Made by a program: the position numbers and the translations under genes
Shown here: one piece after another, positions 54,091 to 63,788 of the stretch
Layout of the letters: every line of letters begins with the position of its first letter
Position numbering within the stretch: position 1 is the stretch's first letter
Origin: Thermoanaerobaculia bacterium
GTDB lineage: Bacteria; Acidobacteriota; Thermoanaerobaculia; Multivoradales; JAGPDF01
Length of the DNA: 64,000 bases
Assembly: GCA_046331385.1 (NCBI GenBank)
Contig: JAXLQW010000001.1
Span: forward strand, 497,596-561,595
Direction: 5' to 3'
Notes under the pieces: generated by a model
Seen by the model: only the letters and a program-made list of their open reading frames with translations
What the model was told of the DNA's origin: nothing
The model's database searches: none

Positions 54091-55275
54091 TCAGCGCCGC
54101 GGCCAGGAGCGCTCGAGCTCTCGGGTCGTCGCGAGGTGGGCCTGGAGCTCGGCCATCGAGTCGCCGCCGAGCTTCTCGAGCAGCGCGTCGGCGAGCACCA
54201 GGGCGAGCATCGCCTCGCCGATGACGGCCGCGGCCGGCAGGGCGGTCACGTCGCTGCGCTCGTATTGCGCGGCGTGCGGCTCGAGGGTGTCGAGATCGAC
54301 CGACGGCAGTCCATCGCGCAGGGTAGCGATCGGCTTCTTGTAGACGGTGACCACCACGTCCTCGCCGTTGGTGATTCCGGCCTCGAGGCCGCCGGCGCGG
54401 TTCGTGTCGCGGTGGAAGCCGCGCCCGGGCGAATGCAGGATGGCGTCGTGCGCCGCGCTGCCGAAACCGCGGCTGGCGTCGATCGCGTCGCCGATCTCCA
54501 CCGCCTTGACCGCCGGGATCGAGAGCATCGCCTGCGCGATCCGGCCGTCGAGCTTCTCGTCCCAGTGCACGTGCGAGCCGAGCCCCGGCGGCACGCCGTG
54601 GGCGATCACCGTCGCCGCGCCGCCGAGCGTGTCGCCCTTTGCCTTCGCCTGGTCGACGAGCGCCACCATCTCCGGCTCGCGCTGGCGGTCGATGGCGCGC
54701 AGCGGCGAGGCGTCGTCGACCCGCGCTACCTCCTCCCAGGTGGGCGCCTTACGGTCGGCACCGATCGGACCGAGCGCGCGCACTCCCGAGGCGATTTCGA
54801 TGCCGCATTCGGCGAGCAGCATCTTGGCGAAAGCGCCGGCGGCGACGCGCGCCGCGCTCTCGCGCGCCGAGGCGCGCTCGAGCAGGTCGCGCAGGTCGTC
54901 GCGCAGGTATTTCTGCCCGCCGGCGAGATCGACGTGTCCGGGGCGCGGCGAACGCAGGCGGCGGCGCGCCGCAGATTCCGGATCGACCGCCGCCGCGTCC
55001 ATCACTTTCTGCCAGTTCGGCCAGTCGCGGTTCTCGATCCAGAGAGCTACGGGCGAGCCCAGGGTCTCGCCGTCGCGCACCCCGCCGCGGATCTCGGCGC
55101 GATCCTGCTCGATCTGCATCCGCCGTCCCCGACCGTGGCCGTGCTGGCGGCGGGCCAAATCGCGCTCGAGGCGCCCGAAGTCGATCCGCAGGCCGGCCGG
55201 CAGACCCCGGAGGACGGCGGTGAGACCCGGACCATGGCTCTCCCCGGCGGTGGTCAGGACCAGGCGTCGCATCAC
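54091..55275 (-). CDS. aroC: Chorismate synthase
   Basis: N-terminus MMRRLVLTTAGESHGPGLTAVL carries the GESHG signature. 394 aa. Confidence 0.9.
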   Translation of the reverse strand: MMRRLVLTTAGESHGPGLTAVLRGLPAGLRIDFGRLERDLARRQHGHGRGRRMQIEQDRAEIRGGVRDGETLGSPVALWIENRDWPNWQKVMDAAAVDPESAARRRLRSPRPGHVDLAGGQKYLRDDLRDLLERASARESAARVAAGAFAKMLLAECGIEIASGVRALGPIGADRKAPTWEEVARVDDASPLRAIDRQREPEMVALVDQAKAKGDTLGGAATVIAHGVPPGLGSHVHWDEKLDGRIAQAMLSIPAVKAVEIGDAIDASRGFGSAAHDAILHSPGRGFHRDTNRAGGLEAGITNGEDVVVTVYKKPIATLRDGLPSVDLDTLEPHAAQYERSDVTALPAAAVIGEAMLALVLADALLEKLGGDSMAELQAHLATTRELERSWPRR

Positions 55276-55377
55276 GAGCAGCCTATCGCGAGGCGCAGGT
55301 CGACCGCGGTCCGGCCGGGCCCCGCGGATGACGGCGCTCCTCCGCGGAACGCCATCGCGACCGCGCCGCGGGCGCGC

Positions 55378-55797
55378 TCAGGGCAGGAAGCGGGAGAAGG
55401 GCTCTTTCAGGTCCTCCGGGAAGCGCGTCGGGCGGCGGGCCGCGGCGTCGACCCAAATGTGCTCGGTCGAGCCGGTGGCGAGCAGCGCACCGCCGCGCGA
55501 GACGAGATAAGCGAAGGTCACGCCGCGACTGCCCACCCGATCGACCCAGCAGGCGACGTCCACCAGATCGCCGTAGCGCGACGGACCGCGGTAGGAGAGG
55601 CTCGCGCCGGTGACCAGGAGCAGGAAGCCGCGGCGCTCGATGTCGGCATAGTGGAAACCGGCCTCGAGGCAGAGGCGGGTGCGCGCCTGTTCGAACCAGA
55701 CGAGGTAGTTGGCGTGATGGACGATCCCCATCTGGTCCGTCTCGGCGTAGCGCACCTCGATCGAGGCGTGAACGGCGTGCGGCGGCGCTTGGTGCAT
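55378..55797 (-). CDS. Acyl-CoA thioesterase, hotdog fold (YbgC/4HBT family)
   Basis: 139 aa. VRYAETDQMGIVHHANYLVWFEQAR is typical of 4HBT thioesterases. Confidence 0.75.
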   Translation of the reverse strand: MHQAPPHAVHASIEVRYAETDQMGIVHHANYLVWFEQARTRLCLEAGFHYADIERRGFLLLVTGASLSYRGPSRYGDLVDVACWVDRVGSRGVTFAYLVSRGGALLATGSTEHIWVDAAARRPTRFPEDLKEPFSRFLP

Positions 55798-55830
55798 GCC
55801 GCGGAGCTTAGCCGAGCGCGGGCGGGTCGT

Positions 55831-56694
55831 TCAGCGCGGCGGGAAAGCGGCGAGGTAGAAGTAGACCGCCTGCAGCTCCTCGTCGCGCAGGTAGGTCGCC
55901 TCCGGGCCGCGACCCGAGAGGCCGGCGCCCCGGTGGCGCGCGGCGCGGACGAAATCGGCGACCGCGATCGTCTGAGTCATGGTGGCGAGCGGGTGGATCG
56001 ACGGATCGCTGCCGAGGCGCGCGTAGTCGGCGCGCGCGTCGTGGCAGATCTGGCAGTTGCCCTTGACGATCTGCTCGCCGACCCGGTCGACCGGCAGCCG
56101 CAGCGGGCGATCGACATGGCGCGGATCCGGGATGGCGGCGAGCTTCTCGAGATACCCGAGGAGGACCTCGGCCTCGTCGTCGGCCAGGTAGTCGAATGCC
56201 GGCATCGACGTGCCGCCGGCTGCCAGACGGTGGCGAATCAGCCGATCGGCCGCCGCCGCGATCCGCGCGGCTTCCTGGGTCGCGCCGCCGGCGCGCCCGG
56301 CCTGGAGCTCGGCCGACGTGCGGCGGATGGCCGCCACCAGCGACAGGATCTCCGGCGGCTGGCCGATCCCCTGCGCGCCGTGGCAGGCGCGACAGGAGTA
56401 GCGGAACAGATCGGCGCCGTGCGCCTCGAGCCCATCGCGCAGCCAGACCCCCGGCGCCGGGGCCGGGGCCTGCAGCTCCGGGTCCTGCTGTCGCGGCCCC
56501 AGGCCGCCGATCCGTCCGAGCGCCGACTTGTCGAACGAGCGGCCGAGGTGCGAGAGCCAGCTTGGGCCCGTGGCGGGGCTGCTCACGGGGGCGACGTAGT
56601 GGTCCCCGGCGAAGCTCGCGACCGCGAGGACCGCGGCGGCTAGACCGAGGCGAACCGAGAGCCTGCGAACGGACCCCTGCGTGGTCGGGTTCAT
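55831..56694 (-). CDS. Secreted diheme c-type cytochrome
   Basis: Signal peptide MNPTTQGSVRRLSVRLGLAAAVLAVASFA. Two CxxCH motifs: CRACH and CQICH. Confidence 0.7.
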   Translation of the reverse strand: MNPTTQGSVRRLSVRLGLAAAVLAVASFAGDHYVAPVSSPATGPSWLSHLGRSFDKSALGRIGGLGPRQQDPELQAPAPAPGVWLRDGLEAHGADLFRYSCRACHGAQGIGQPPEILSLVAAIRRTSAELQAGRAGGATQEAARIAAAADRLIRHRLAAGGTSMPAFDYLADDEAEVLLGYLEKLAAIPDPRHVDRPLRLPVDRVGEQIVKGNCQICHDARADYARLGSDPSIHPLATMTQTIAVADFVRAARHRGAGLSGRGPEATYLRDEELQAVYFYLAAFPPR

Positions 56695-56772
56695 GCGCGG
56701 AGGCTACTGGAAAGCGACTCCCGATGCTCCGCCCGATCGGGTGGCCCGGCTGCGATATTCTCCCGCGTTCCG

Positions 56773-57333
56773 GTGGCTCCTGTGAGCGCCGGCCGGAGCG
56801 CACCCGTGCCGATCCATCCCTATCGAGACCAGGTTCCTCGCCTCGGCGCCGGCGTTTTTCTGGCGCCCTCGGCCGAGTTGGCGGGCGAGATCGAGGTCGG
56901 CGGAGATTGTTCCTTCTGGTTCCACACCGCCGCCCGGGGAGACGTGAACTGGATCCGGATCGGAGCGCGGACCAACGTTCAGGACGGAGCCATTCTGCAC
57001 GTCACCCACGAGCGCTTTCCGCTCTCGATCGGCGACGACGTGGTGATCGCCCACGGCGCGATCGTCCACGGCTGCACGCTCGAGAACGCCTGCCTGATCG
57101 GCATCGGCGCGCGGGTGCTCGACGGGGCGGTGGTCGAGAGCGGTGCTCAGGTCGGCGCCGGCGCGGTCGTGCCGCCCGGGATGCGGGTGCCCTCGGGCTC
57201 GCTAGTGCTGGGGATCCCCGCGAAAGTGGCGCGGACCTTGTCGGAGGACGAACGCGAGGAGATCGGCCGCATCGCCCGGCGCTATGTCGAGGTCAAGAAC
57301 GAGTACCTCGCGGCGATCGGCCGGGGCTACTGA
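56773..57333 (+). CDS. Gamma-class carbonic anhydrase family protein (left-handed beta-helix, hexapeptide repeats)
   Basis: The conserved metal-ligand His residues sit in a hexapeptide-repeat context (HTAARGDVNWIRIGARTNVQDGAILH; IAHGAIVHGC). Confidence 0.75.
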   Translation: MAPVSAGRSAPVPIHPYRDQVPRLGAGVFLAPSAELAGEIEVGGDCSFWFHTAARGDVNWIRIGARTNVQDGAILHVTHERFPLSIGDDVVIAHGAIVHGCTLENACLIGIGARVLDGAVVESGAQVGAGAVVPPGMRVPSGSLVLGIPAKVARTLSEDEREEIGRIARRYVEVKNEYLAAIGRGY

Positions 57334-57334
57334 G

Positions 57335-58615
57335 ATGGCCAACCCCAGGATCCAAGCGCCCAAGGGGACACGCGACCTGCTGCCGCCCGAGACGGCGGTC
57401 TGGGCGGCGGTCGAGAGCGCGGCGCGCGAGGTCTTCGCGCTCTACGGCTACCGCGAGATCCGCACTCCGATCTTCGAGGAGACCGAGCTGTTCGTGCGCG
57501 GCGTCGGCGAATCGACCGACATCGTGGGCAAGGAGATGTACACCTTCGAGGACAAAGGCGGACGCTCGCTGACGCTACGGCCGGAGAACACCGCTCCCGT
57601 CTGCCGCGCCTACCTCGAGCACGGCATGCAGAGCCTGCCGCAGCCGGTGCGCCTCTTCTACGTCGGGCCTCAGTTCCGGGCCGAGAAGCCGCAGAAGGGT
57701 CGCTATCGCCAGTTCTCGCAGATCGGCGCCGAGCTGCTGGGCGGGCGGGGAGCCGAGTCCGACGCCGAGATCCTGCTGCTGCTGGTCGCGTTCCTGCGCC
57801 GGCTCGGCTTCGCGGATCTCAAAGTCCTGCTGAATACGGTCGGTGACGAGGCTTCGCGGGCCGCCTATCGGCGGGCGCTGGTCGAGTACTTCGAGATGCG
57901 AAAAGCTCACCTGGGGGAAGACAGCTTGCGCAGGTTGGCGACGAATCCGCTGCGGATCCTGGACAGCAAGGACCCGCGCGAGCAGGAGGTGCTCGCGGGC
58001 GCTCCGCGGCTCGAGGCTTCGCTGACGGCGGAGAGCCGCGAGCAGTTCGCGGCGGTGCGCGCGGCGCTGGAGGCCTTCCGGGTGGCCTACGAAGTCTCGC
58101 CGCGCCTGGTGCGCGGTCTCGACTACTACACCCACACGGTGTTCGAGATCGTCTCGGAGGGCCTGGGGGCGCAGAACGCGATCTGCGGCGGCGGTGCCTA
58201 CGAGAAACTGGTCGAGGAGCTGGGCGGCCCGGCGACTTACGGCGTCGGTTTCGCGATCGGCGAGGATCGTCTGATCGACGTCCTGCCGGCGGCGACGCGC
58301 ACCCGGCTGGCGGGCGTCGGGCCGGCGGTCGTCGCGCCCATGGGCAAGCTACCGGACGACGCGGCCGGCGTCTCGCCGCTGCTCGAGCTGCTGCAGGAGC
58401 TGCGCGCAGAGGGGATTCCGGCGATCCAGGGGCCGGCGAAAAAGGAGCGCCTCTTTGCTTTCGCCGAGTCGATCCAGGCCCCGGTGATCGTCTTCCTCGG
58501 CGAGACCGAGCTGCAACAGAAGACGCTCGCGCTGCGCGACCTGCGCACCCGGAACCAGGAGTCGATCCCGCGCGCCCAAGCCGCCGACAGACTGAGATCT
58601 TTCTTCCCCAAGTGA
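57335..58615 (+). CDS. hisS: Histidine--tRNA ligase
   Basis: Start at the ATG at 57335, overlapping the upstream stop (TGAGATG). N-terminus MANPRIQAPKGTRDLLP...YREIRTPIFEETELF. Class II motifs are present. Confidence 0.9.
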   Translation: MANPRIQAPKGTRDLLPPETAVWAAVESAAREVFALYGYREIRTPIFEETELFVRGVGESTDIVGKEMYTFEDKGGRSLTLRPENTAPVCRAYLEHGMQSLPQPVRLFYVGPQFRAEKPQKGRYRQFSQIGAELLGGRGAESDAEILLLLVAFLRRLGFADLKVLLNTVGDEASRAAYRRALVEYFEMRKAHLGEDSLRRLATNPLRILDSKDPREQEVLAGAPRLEASLTAESREQFAAVRAALEAFRVAYEVSPRLVRGLDYYTHTVFEIVSEGLGAQNAICGGGAYEKLVEELGGPATYGVGFAIGEDRLIDVLPAATRTRLAGVGPAVVAPMGKLPDDAAGVSPLLELLQELRAEGIPAIQGPAKKERLFAFAESIQAPVIVFLGETELQQKTLALRDLRTRNQESIPRAQAADRLRSFFPK

Positions 58616-58681
58616 GCTTTTGCTTTTTCCTAACCGAGCTTTTCTTTTTCTTCTTCTGATTTGAGAGACGTGGGAGCGCAG

Positions 58682-60436
58682 ATGAAACGCCGCGGCGCAG
58701 GGACCTTGACGATCGCCGACGTGGGGAGCCGGGTGTTGTTGCAGGCCTGGGTGCAGCGCCGCCGGGACCACGGCGGGGTGCTGTTCCTCGACCTGCGCGA
58801 CCGCAGCGGCGTTGCCCAGGTGGTGGTCAAACCGGAGATCTCGCCCGACGCGCTCGCGACCCTCGACCCGGCGCGCTCGGAGTGGGTGATCGAGATCGAG
58901 GGCACGGTCGACGCGCGCGCCCCGGAGGCGGTCAATCCGAAGATGGCGACCGGCGAGGTCGAGGTGCGGGTCGAGCGCGCGGCGGTGCTCGCCAAGAGCG
59001 ATCCGCTGCCGTTCGCGATCGACGCCCGGGTCGACGTGGCGGAGGAGACGCGGCTGCGCTACCGCTTCCTCGACCTGCGCCGCCCGGAGCTGCAGAAGAA
59101 CCTGATCCTGCGCCACCAGATCACCTTCGAGGTGCGGCGCTACTTCGACGAGCGCGGCTTCCTCGACATCGAGACGCCGATCCTCACCAAGTCGACTCCC
59201 GAGGGGGCGCGCGACTACCTGGTGCCCTCGCGCGTGCATCGCGGCGAGTTCTACGCCCTGCCGCAGTCGCCGCAGCTCTTCAAGCAGCTGCTGATGATCT
59301 CGGGCTACGAGCGCTACATGCAGATCGCGCGCTGCTTTCGCGACGAGGATTTGCGCGCCGACCGCCAGCCCGAGTTCACCCAGATCGACCTCGAGATGGC
59401 GTTCCCCCACGAGGAGGACGTCTTCGAGCTCGTCGAAGGGCTCTTCGCCCGCGTCTTCCCGATCGTCGGCATCGAGATCCACCGCCCCTTCCGCCGCTTC
59501 ACCTACGCCGAGGCGATGGCGCGCTACGGCATCGATCGGCCCGACCTGCGCTTCGGGATGGAGATCGCGGAGCTCGGTCCGCTTTTCCTCGACTCCGCCT
59601 TCCGCGCCTTCCGCGACGCCGCGGCGTCGGGCGGCGTGGTGCGCGGCTTCGTCCTCGCCGGCGGCGCGAGCGTGACCCGCAGCCAGACCGACCTGTGGGT
59701 CGAGAGCGCCAAGAAGATGGGCCTTCCGGGCCTGCTCTTCCTGCGCCGCCAGAACGGCGAGCTCCTGTTCACGGTCAAGAACGCCCTGTCGACCGACGAG
59801 CTCGAGCGCGCGGCGACGGCGCTCGGGCTCGGCGAGGGGGACCTCGCCGTCCTCGCCGCCGGCGACCCGAAGCGGGTCGCTCCCGCCCTCGGGGCGCAGC
59901 GCCTCGAGCTCGCGCGCCAGTACGGCAGGATCCCCGAAGGGCGCTTCGAGTTCCTCTGGGTCACCGACTTCCCGCTCTTCGACTGGAGCCCCGAGGAGCA
60001 GCGCTGGACGGCGATCCACCACCCCTTCACCAGCCCCGATCCGCGCGACCTCGAGCGCCTCGAGAGCGACCCGGGCTCGGTCCGCGCGCGCGCCTACGAC
60101 GTCATCCTGAACGGGACCGAGCTCGGCGGCGGCTCGATCCGCATCCACGACCGCGACCTGCAGGAGCGCGTCTTCCGCCGGCTCGGCATCAGCGCCGAGG
60201 AGGCGCGCGAGCGCTTCGGCTTCCTGCTCGACGCGCTGCGCCTCGGAGCGCCGCCGCACGGCGGCCTGGCGCTCGGCCTCGACCGGATGGTCATGCTGAT
60301 GACCGGCGCCGCCTCGCTGCGCGACGTGATCGCCTTCCCGAAGACCGCTTCGGCCACCGACCTGATGACCGAGGCTCCTTCCGCGGTCGACGCTCGCCAG
60401 CTGCGCGAGTTGGGAATCGGGATCGTGCGGTCTTGA
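58682..60436 (+). CDS. aspS: Aspartate--tRNA ligase
   Basis: ATG at 58682 (MKRRGAGTLTIADVGSRVLLQAWVQRRRDHGGVLFLDLRDRSG). The OB-fold N-domain, FRDEDLRADRQPEFTQID and the GGSIRIH C-terminal motifs are present. Confidence 0.9.
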   Translation: MKRRGAGTLTIADVGSRVLLQAWVQRRRDHGGVLFLDLRDRSGVAQVVVKPEISPDALATLDPARSEWVIEIEGTVDARAPEAVNPKMATGEVEVRVERAAVLAKSDPLPFAIDARVDVAEETRLRYRFLDLRRPELQKNLILRHQITFEVRRYFDERGFLDIETPILTKSTPEGARDYLVPSRVHRGEFYALPQSPQLFKQLLMISGYERYMQIARCFRDEDLRADRQPEFTQIDLEMAFPHEEDVFELVEGLFARVFPIVGIEIHRPFRRFTYAEAMARYGIDRPDLRFGMEIAELGPLFLDSAFRAFRDAAASGGVVRGFVLAGGASVTRSQTDLWVESAKKMGLPGLLFLRRQNGELLFTVKNALSTDELERAATALGLGEGDLAVLAAGDPKRVAPALGAQRLELARQYGRIPEGRFEFLWVTDFPLFDWSPEEQRWTAIHHPFTSPDPRDLERLESDPGSVRARAYDVILNGTELGGGSIRIHDRDLQERVFRRLGISAEEARERFGFLLDALRLGAPPHGGLALGLDRMVMLMTGAASLRDVIAFPKTASATDLMTEAPSAVDARQLRELGIGIVRS

Positions 60437-60490
60437 CTGATTTCGCGGCCCGTCCATGAGCCCTTCCCCGGCCGAGGCGCGAGACCGACC

Positions 60491-61579
60491 GTGACCGCGC
60501 CGGCGCGCTTCGCGCTGCGCCATCCGGGCGGCAGCACGCCGATCGTGGTGGGCGAGGGGGCGCTTGCCGCCGTTTCGGACGAGCTCGCCGGGCTCGTCCG
60601 CGACCGGCGGGTGTTCGTCGTCTCGACCGAGCGCGTGCTCGCGCTGCATCGCGGTCTGCTCGCCCCGGAGCTGGCGGAGGCGACGGCGGTGACCTGGCTC
60701 GAGGTACCGGAGGGCGAGGCCGCCAAGACGCTCGCCGAGGCCGGCCGGCTCTGGGACGCCCTGCTCGAGCTCGGCGGCAAGCGCGACAGCCGGGTGATCG
60801 CCTTCGGTGGCGGCAGCGTCGGCGACCTCGCCGGTTTCGTCGCCGGCGCCTTCCTGCGCGGCATCGGCGTCGTCCAGGTGCCGACCACGCTGCTGGCGCA
60901 GCTCGACGCGGCGATCGGCGGCAAGACGGCGATCGATCTTCCGGGCGGCAAGAACGTGGTGGGGCTCTTCCATCACCCGCTCGCGGTCGTGGCCGACACC
61001 CGCCTGCTCGCCACCCTGCCGCGCGCCGAGCTGCGGTCGGGACTGGTCGAAGGGGTCAAGATGGGGGTCGTCGCCCGCCCGGAGCTGCTCGACCTCGCCG
61101 AGCGCGACTTCGACCGTTTGCTCGCCGGCGACCCGGCCGCGGCGGCGCCGTTCGTGGCGATCGCCGGCGCGGCCAAGGCGGCGATCGTCGAGCGGGACCC
61201 CGACGAGAGCGGCGATCGCCAGCTGCTCAACCTCGGGCACACCCTCGGGCACGCGCTCGAGACCGCCCTTGGTCACGGGACGATCCTTCACGGCGATGCG
61301 GTGGCCCACGGCCTGCGATTCGCGTTCCTTCTCGCCGAGCGGCGCGGAGCCGACCCGGCGCTCGGCGGACGGGTGGAGAGGCTCCTGCTCCGGCTGGGAG
61401 TCCCGCCCCTGCCGCCGGTCTCGCCGCAGATCGTGCTCGAGATCCTGGGGCGGGACAAGAAGGCGCGCGAAGCGGGGCTCACCTGGATCCTGCCGATGGC
61501 AGCGGGCCGCTGCGCACGCGAGCCCTTGAGCGCCGCGGACCGGCTCGAGGAGCGGCTGCGCAGATTCCTCGCCGCCTGA
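60491..61579 (+). CDS. aroB: 3-dehydroquinate synthase
   Basis: GGGSVGDLAGFVAGAFLRGIGVVQVPTTLLAQLDAAIGGKTAID and the HTLGHALE metal site are present. Confidence 0.85.
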   Translation: MTAPARFALRHPGGSTPIVVGEGALAAVSDELAGLVRDRRVFVVSTERVLALHRGLLAPELAEATAVTWLEVPEGEAAKTLAEAGRLWDALLELGGKRDSRVIAFGGGSVGDLAGFVAGAFLRGIGVVQVPTTLLAQLDAAIGGKTAIDLPGGKNVVGLFHHPLAVVADTRLLATLPRAELRSGLVEGVKMGVVARPELLDLAERDFDRLLAGDPAAAAPFVAIAGAAKAAIVERDPDESGDRQLLNLGHTLGHALETALGHGTILHGDAVAHGLRFAFLLAERRGADPALGGRVERLLLRLGVPPLPPVSPQIVLEILGRDKKAREAGLTWILPMAAGRCAREPLSAADRLEERLRRFLAA

Positions 61580-61603
61580 CGCGGTTCGGGGCCCGGCCGC
61601 GCC

Positions 61604-61609
61604 TATAAT
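61604..61609 (+). promoter_or_regulatory. Perfect TATAAT -10 box 14 nt upstream of the HD-GYP gene ATG (no clear -35; possible short-leader transcript)
   Basis: gcgcctataatcccggtcgtcgcgATG. The nearest TGACGC is 21 nt upstream, which is a poor spacing. Confidence 0.3.
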
Positions 61610-61622
61610 CCCGGTCGTCGCG

Positions 61623-63392
61623 ATGTCCGCCGCGTTCTTCACCCGTCGCCTGCGCATTCGGCAGCTGGTGTTCATCCTCCTGCTGCTGTCGGGAGCGATT
61701 CCGCTCGCCATCAGCACGAGCCTGCTGATCCTCGAGAATCGCGACCTGCTGGAGACCCAGGAGAAGAGCTTTCTCACCCGCTCGGCGCTCGCGCTGTCGA
61801 ACGAGGTCAGCGACTCGCTCGCCTCGGTCCGCCTTCAGCTCGATCAGCTGGGCGGCGCGCTGCTCGCGGCGCCCGGGCCGCCGCAGGTCGAGGACCGGCT
61901 GCGCGAGGCCTGGGTCTCGCCCTATCTCGAGCGCTTCTTGCGCGCCAATCCCTCGATCCTCGCCTTGCGCGTGCTCGATCGGGAGGGGGCCGGACCTCGC
62001 TTCTCGCCCCCCGACCTGCCGGACCGCCAGCTGGCGGCCCTCGACGACGGCTTCACGGCGGCGCGCAACCGCAAGCAGCCGACCTTCCGTTTCACCGCCC
62101 TGCCGCGCACCGAGGAACCGGCGGCCGTGCTGGCGGTCCCGGTCGGCGACGCCGACGGGGCGCCGGTCCTGATCGTCGAGGCGTTGCTGCGGATGGGGCT
62201 GCTCGAAGCGGTCTTCCAGCGCGAGGCGCAGGGCGACCTCGACGTCTTCCTGATCGACCGCGACGGCACCCTGCTGTGGACCACCGCCGGCGACGCCGCC
62301 ATGCGCCAGTCGCTCGCCGCTTCGGCGCTGGTGCGCGATTTCGTCCGCAAGCCGCTCCACCTGACCGCCGAGTACTCGGTCGAGTCCGCCCGCGGCCGGT
62401 TGCGGATGATCGGCCAAGTCTCGCCGGTGGAAGAAGCCGGTTGGGGCGTGGTGGTCCACAAGCCCACCGCCAACGCCTTCGAGGCGGCGCGCAAGATGGT
62501 CGCCTCGGCGGTCTTCGCCGCCCTCCTCCTGCTGCTGATCGCGGCCCTCTTCGCGCTGGTGATCTCGCGCTGGCTGGGGCAGCCGCTGCTGCGCCTGATC
62601 GAGACCACCCACGAGATGGCGGGCGGGAACTTCGACAAGCGGCTGCCGGAGCAGCGGGTGGTGGCCGAGCTCGCCGATCTGGCGACCGACTTCAACCGGA
62701 TGAGCGGCACGATCCAGCGCTACATCGACCAGCTGCAGGACGCCGCGCGCCAAAATCGCGACCTGTTCATCGGCTCGATTCGCGCCTTCGCGGCGGCGAT
62801 CGACGCCCGCGACCCCTATACCCGCGGCCATTCGGAGCGGGTGGCCGAATTCTCGCGCGCCATCGCCCGCCACCTGGGCCAGAACGAGGACTTCCAGCAG
62901 AAGTTGTGGATCGCCGCCCTGCTGCACGATGTCGGCAAGATCGGCATCGAGGACCGGATTCTCAAGAAGGGCGGCGTGCTGACCGCCGAGGAGTTCGAGC
63001 TGATGAAGGCGCACCCGACGATCGGCGCCGACATCCTGGCGCCGATCGACTCGCTGCGCGAGATGCTCCCCGCGGTCCGCTGGCACCACGAGAACTGGAA
63101 CGGCCGCGGCTACCCGCACGGCCTGCGCGGCGAGGACATCCCGCTCACGGCGCGCATCGTGGCGGTCGCCGACTGCTTCGACGCCATCACCACCAGCCGC
63201 CCGTACCAGAAGGCCTATGCGCCGCGCTACGCGGTCGATACGATCACCGGGCTCGCCGGCTCGCGCTTCGACGCCAAGGTGGTGACCGCGTTCCTGCGCG
63301 CTTTCGAGGCCGGGGACATCGCCGCGCGGCTCGAAGACGTGACGCTGGTGACCCAAGCCGACACCGAGCTGCCGGCGGTGGCGAATACCTGA
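61623..63392 (+). CDS. Membrane sensor protein with HAMP and HD-GYP domains (probable c-di-GMP phosphodiesterase)
   Basis: Two TM helices flank a periplasmic sensor region, followed by a HAMP-like segment. The HD-GYP domain carries HSERVAEF...LLHDVGKIGI...WHHENWNGRGYPHGL...AVADCFDAITTSRPYQKA. Confidence 0.75.
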   Translation: MSAAFFTRRLRIRQLVFILLLLSGAIPLAISTSLLILENRDLLETQEKSFLTRSALALSNEVSDSLASVRLQLDQLGGALLAAPGPPQVEDRLREAWVSPYLERFLRANPSILALRVLDREGAGPRFSPPDLPDRQLAALDDGFTAARNRKQPTFRFTALPRTEEPAAVLAVPVGDADGAPVLIVEALLRMGLLEAVFQREAQGDLDVFLIDRDGTLLWTTAGDAAMRQSLAASALVRDFVRKPLHLTAEYSVESARGRLRMIGQVSPVEEAGWGVVVHKPTANAFEAARKMVASAVFAALLLLLIAALFALVISRWLGQPLLRLIETTHEMAGGNFDKRLPEQRVVAELADLATDFNRMSGTIQRYIDQLQDAARQNRDLFIGSIRAFAAAIDARDPYTRGHSERVAEFSRAIARHLGQNEDFQQKLWIAALLHDVGKIGIEDRILKKGGVLTAEEFELMKAHPTIGADILAPIDSLREMLPAVRWHHENWNGRGYPHGLRGEDIPLTARIVAVADCFDAITTSRPYQKAYAPRYAVDTITGLAGSRFDAKVVTAFLRAFEAGDIAARLEDVTLVTQADTELPAVANT

Positions 63393-63405
63393 GGAGAACG
63401 GCGCG

Positions 63406-63777
63406 ATGCCGCATCAGTACATCCTGGCCAACCTGCTGGCGCGCAACGAAGGCGCGGTGGGAGCCCTGTTCCTCGACGACAGCGGCGAGACGGTCGACTT
63501 CGCCTGCTCGGAGTTCAGCCCCTACCAGATGCGGGTGGTGGGCGCCTACCTGGGGATCTACCTGCGCCAGGTGGAGCGCTTTCTGGCGGCGCAGGGCCTC
63601 GGTCGACCGGGGTGGCTGCATATCGAGAAGGACAACCTGAATCTCTACGCCATGCCGCTGCCCGACGGCTACTACATGGTGCTCGTCCAGCGTCATCCGG
63701 CGGTGGTGGCGTTGGCGCACCGCCAGCTCGCCGAGGCCTGCCGCGACCTGTCGCGCGAGCTGTTCGCGACCTCCTGA
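63406..63777 (+). CDS. Roadblock/LC7 (MglB-like) domain protein
   Basis: 123 aa. ...ALFLDDSGETVDF...YLGIYLRQVERF... and the overall size fit the Roadblock/LC7 fold. The family call is tentative. Confidence 0.45.
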   Translation: MPHQYILANLLARNEGAVGALFLDDSGETVDFACSEFSPYQMRVVGAYLGIYLRQVERFLAAQGLGRPGWLHIEKDNLNLYAMPLPDGYYMVLVQRHPAVVALAHRQLAEACRDLSRELFATS

Positions 63778-63788
63778 CCGGTTCCGCC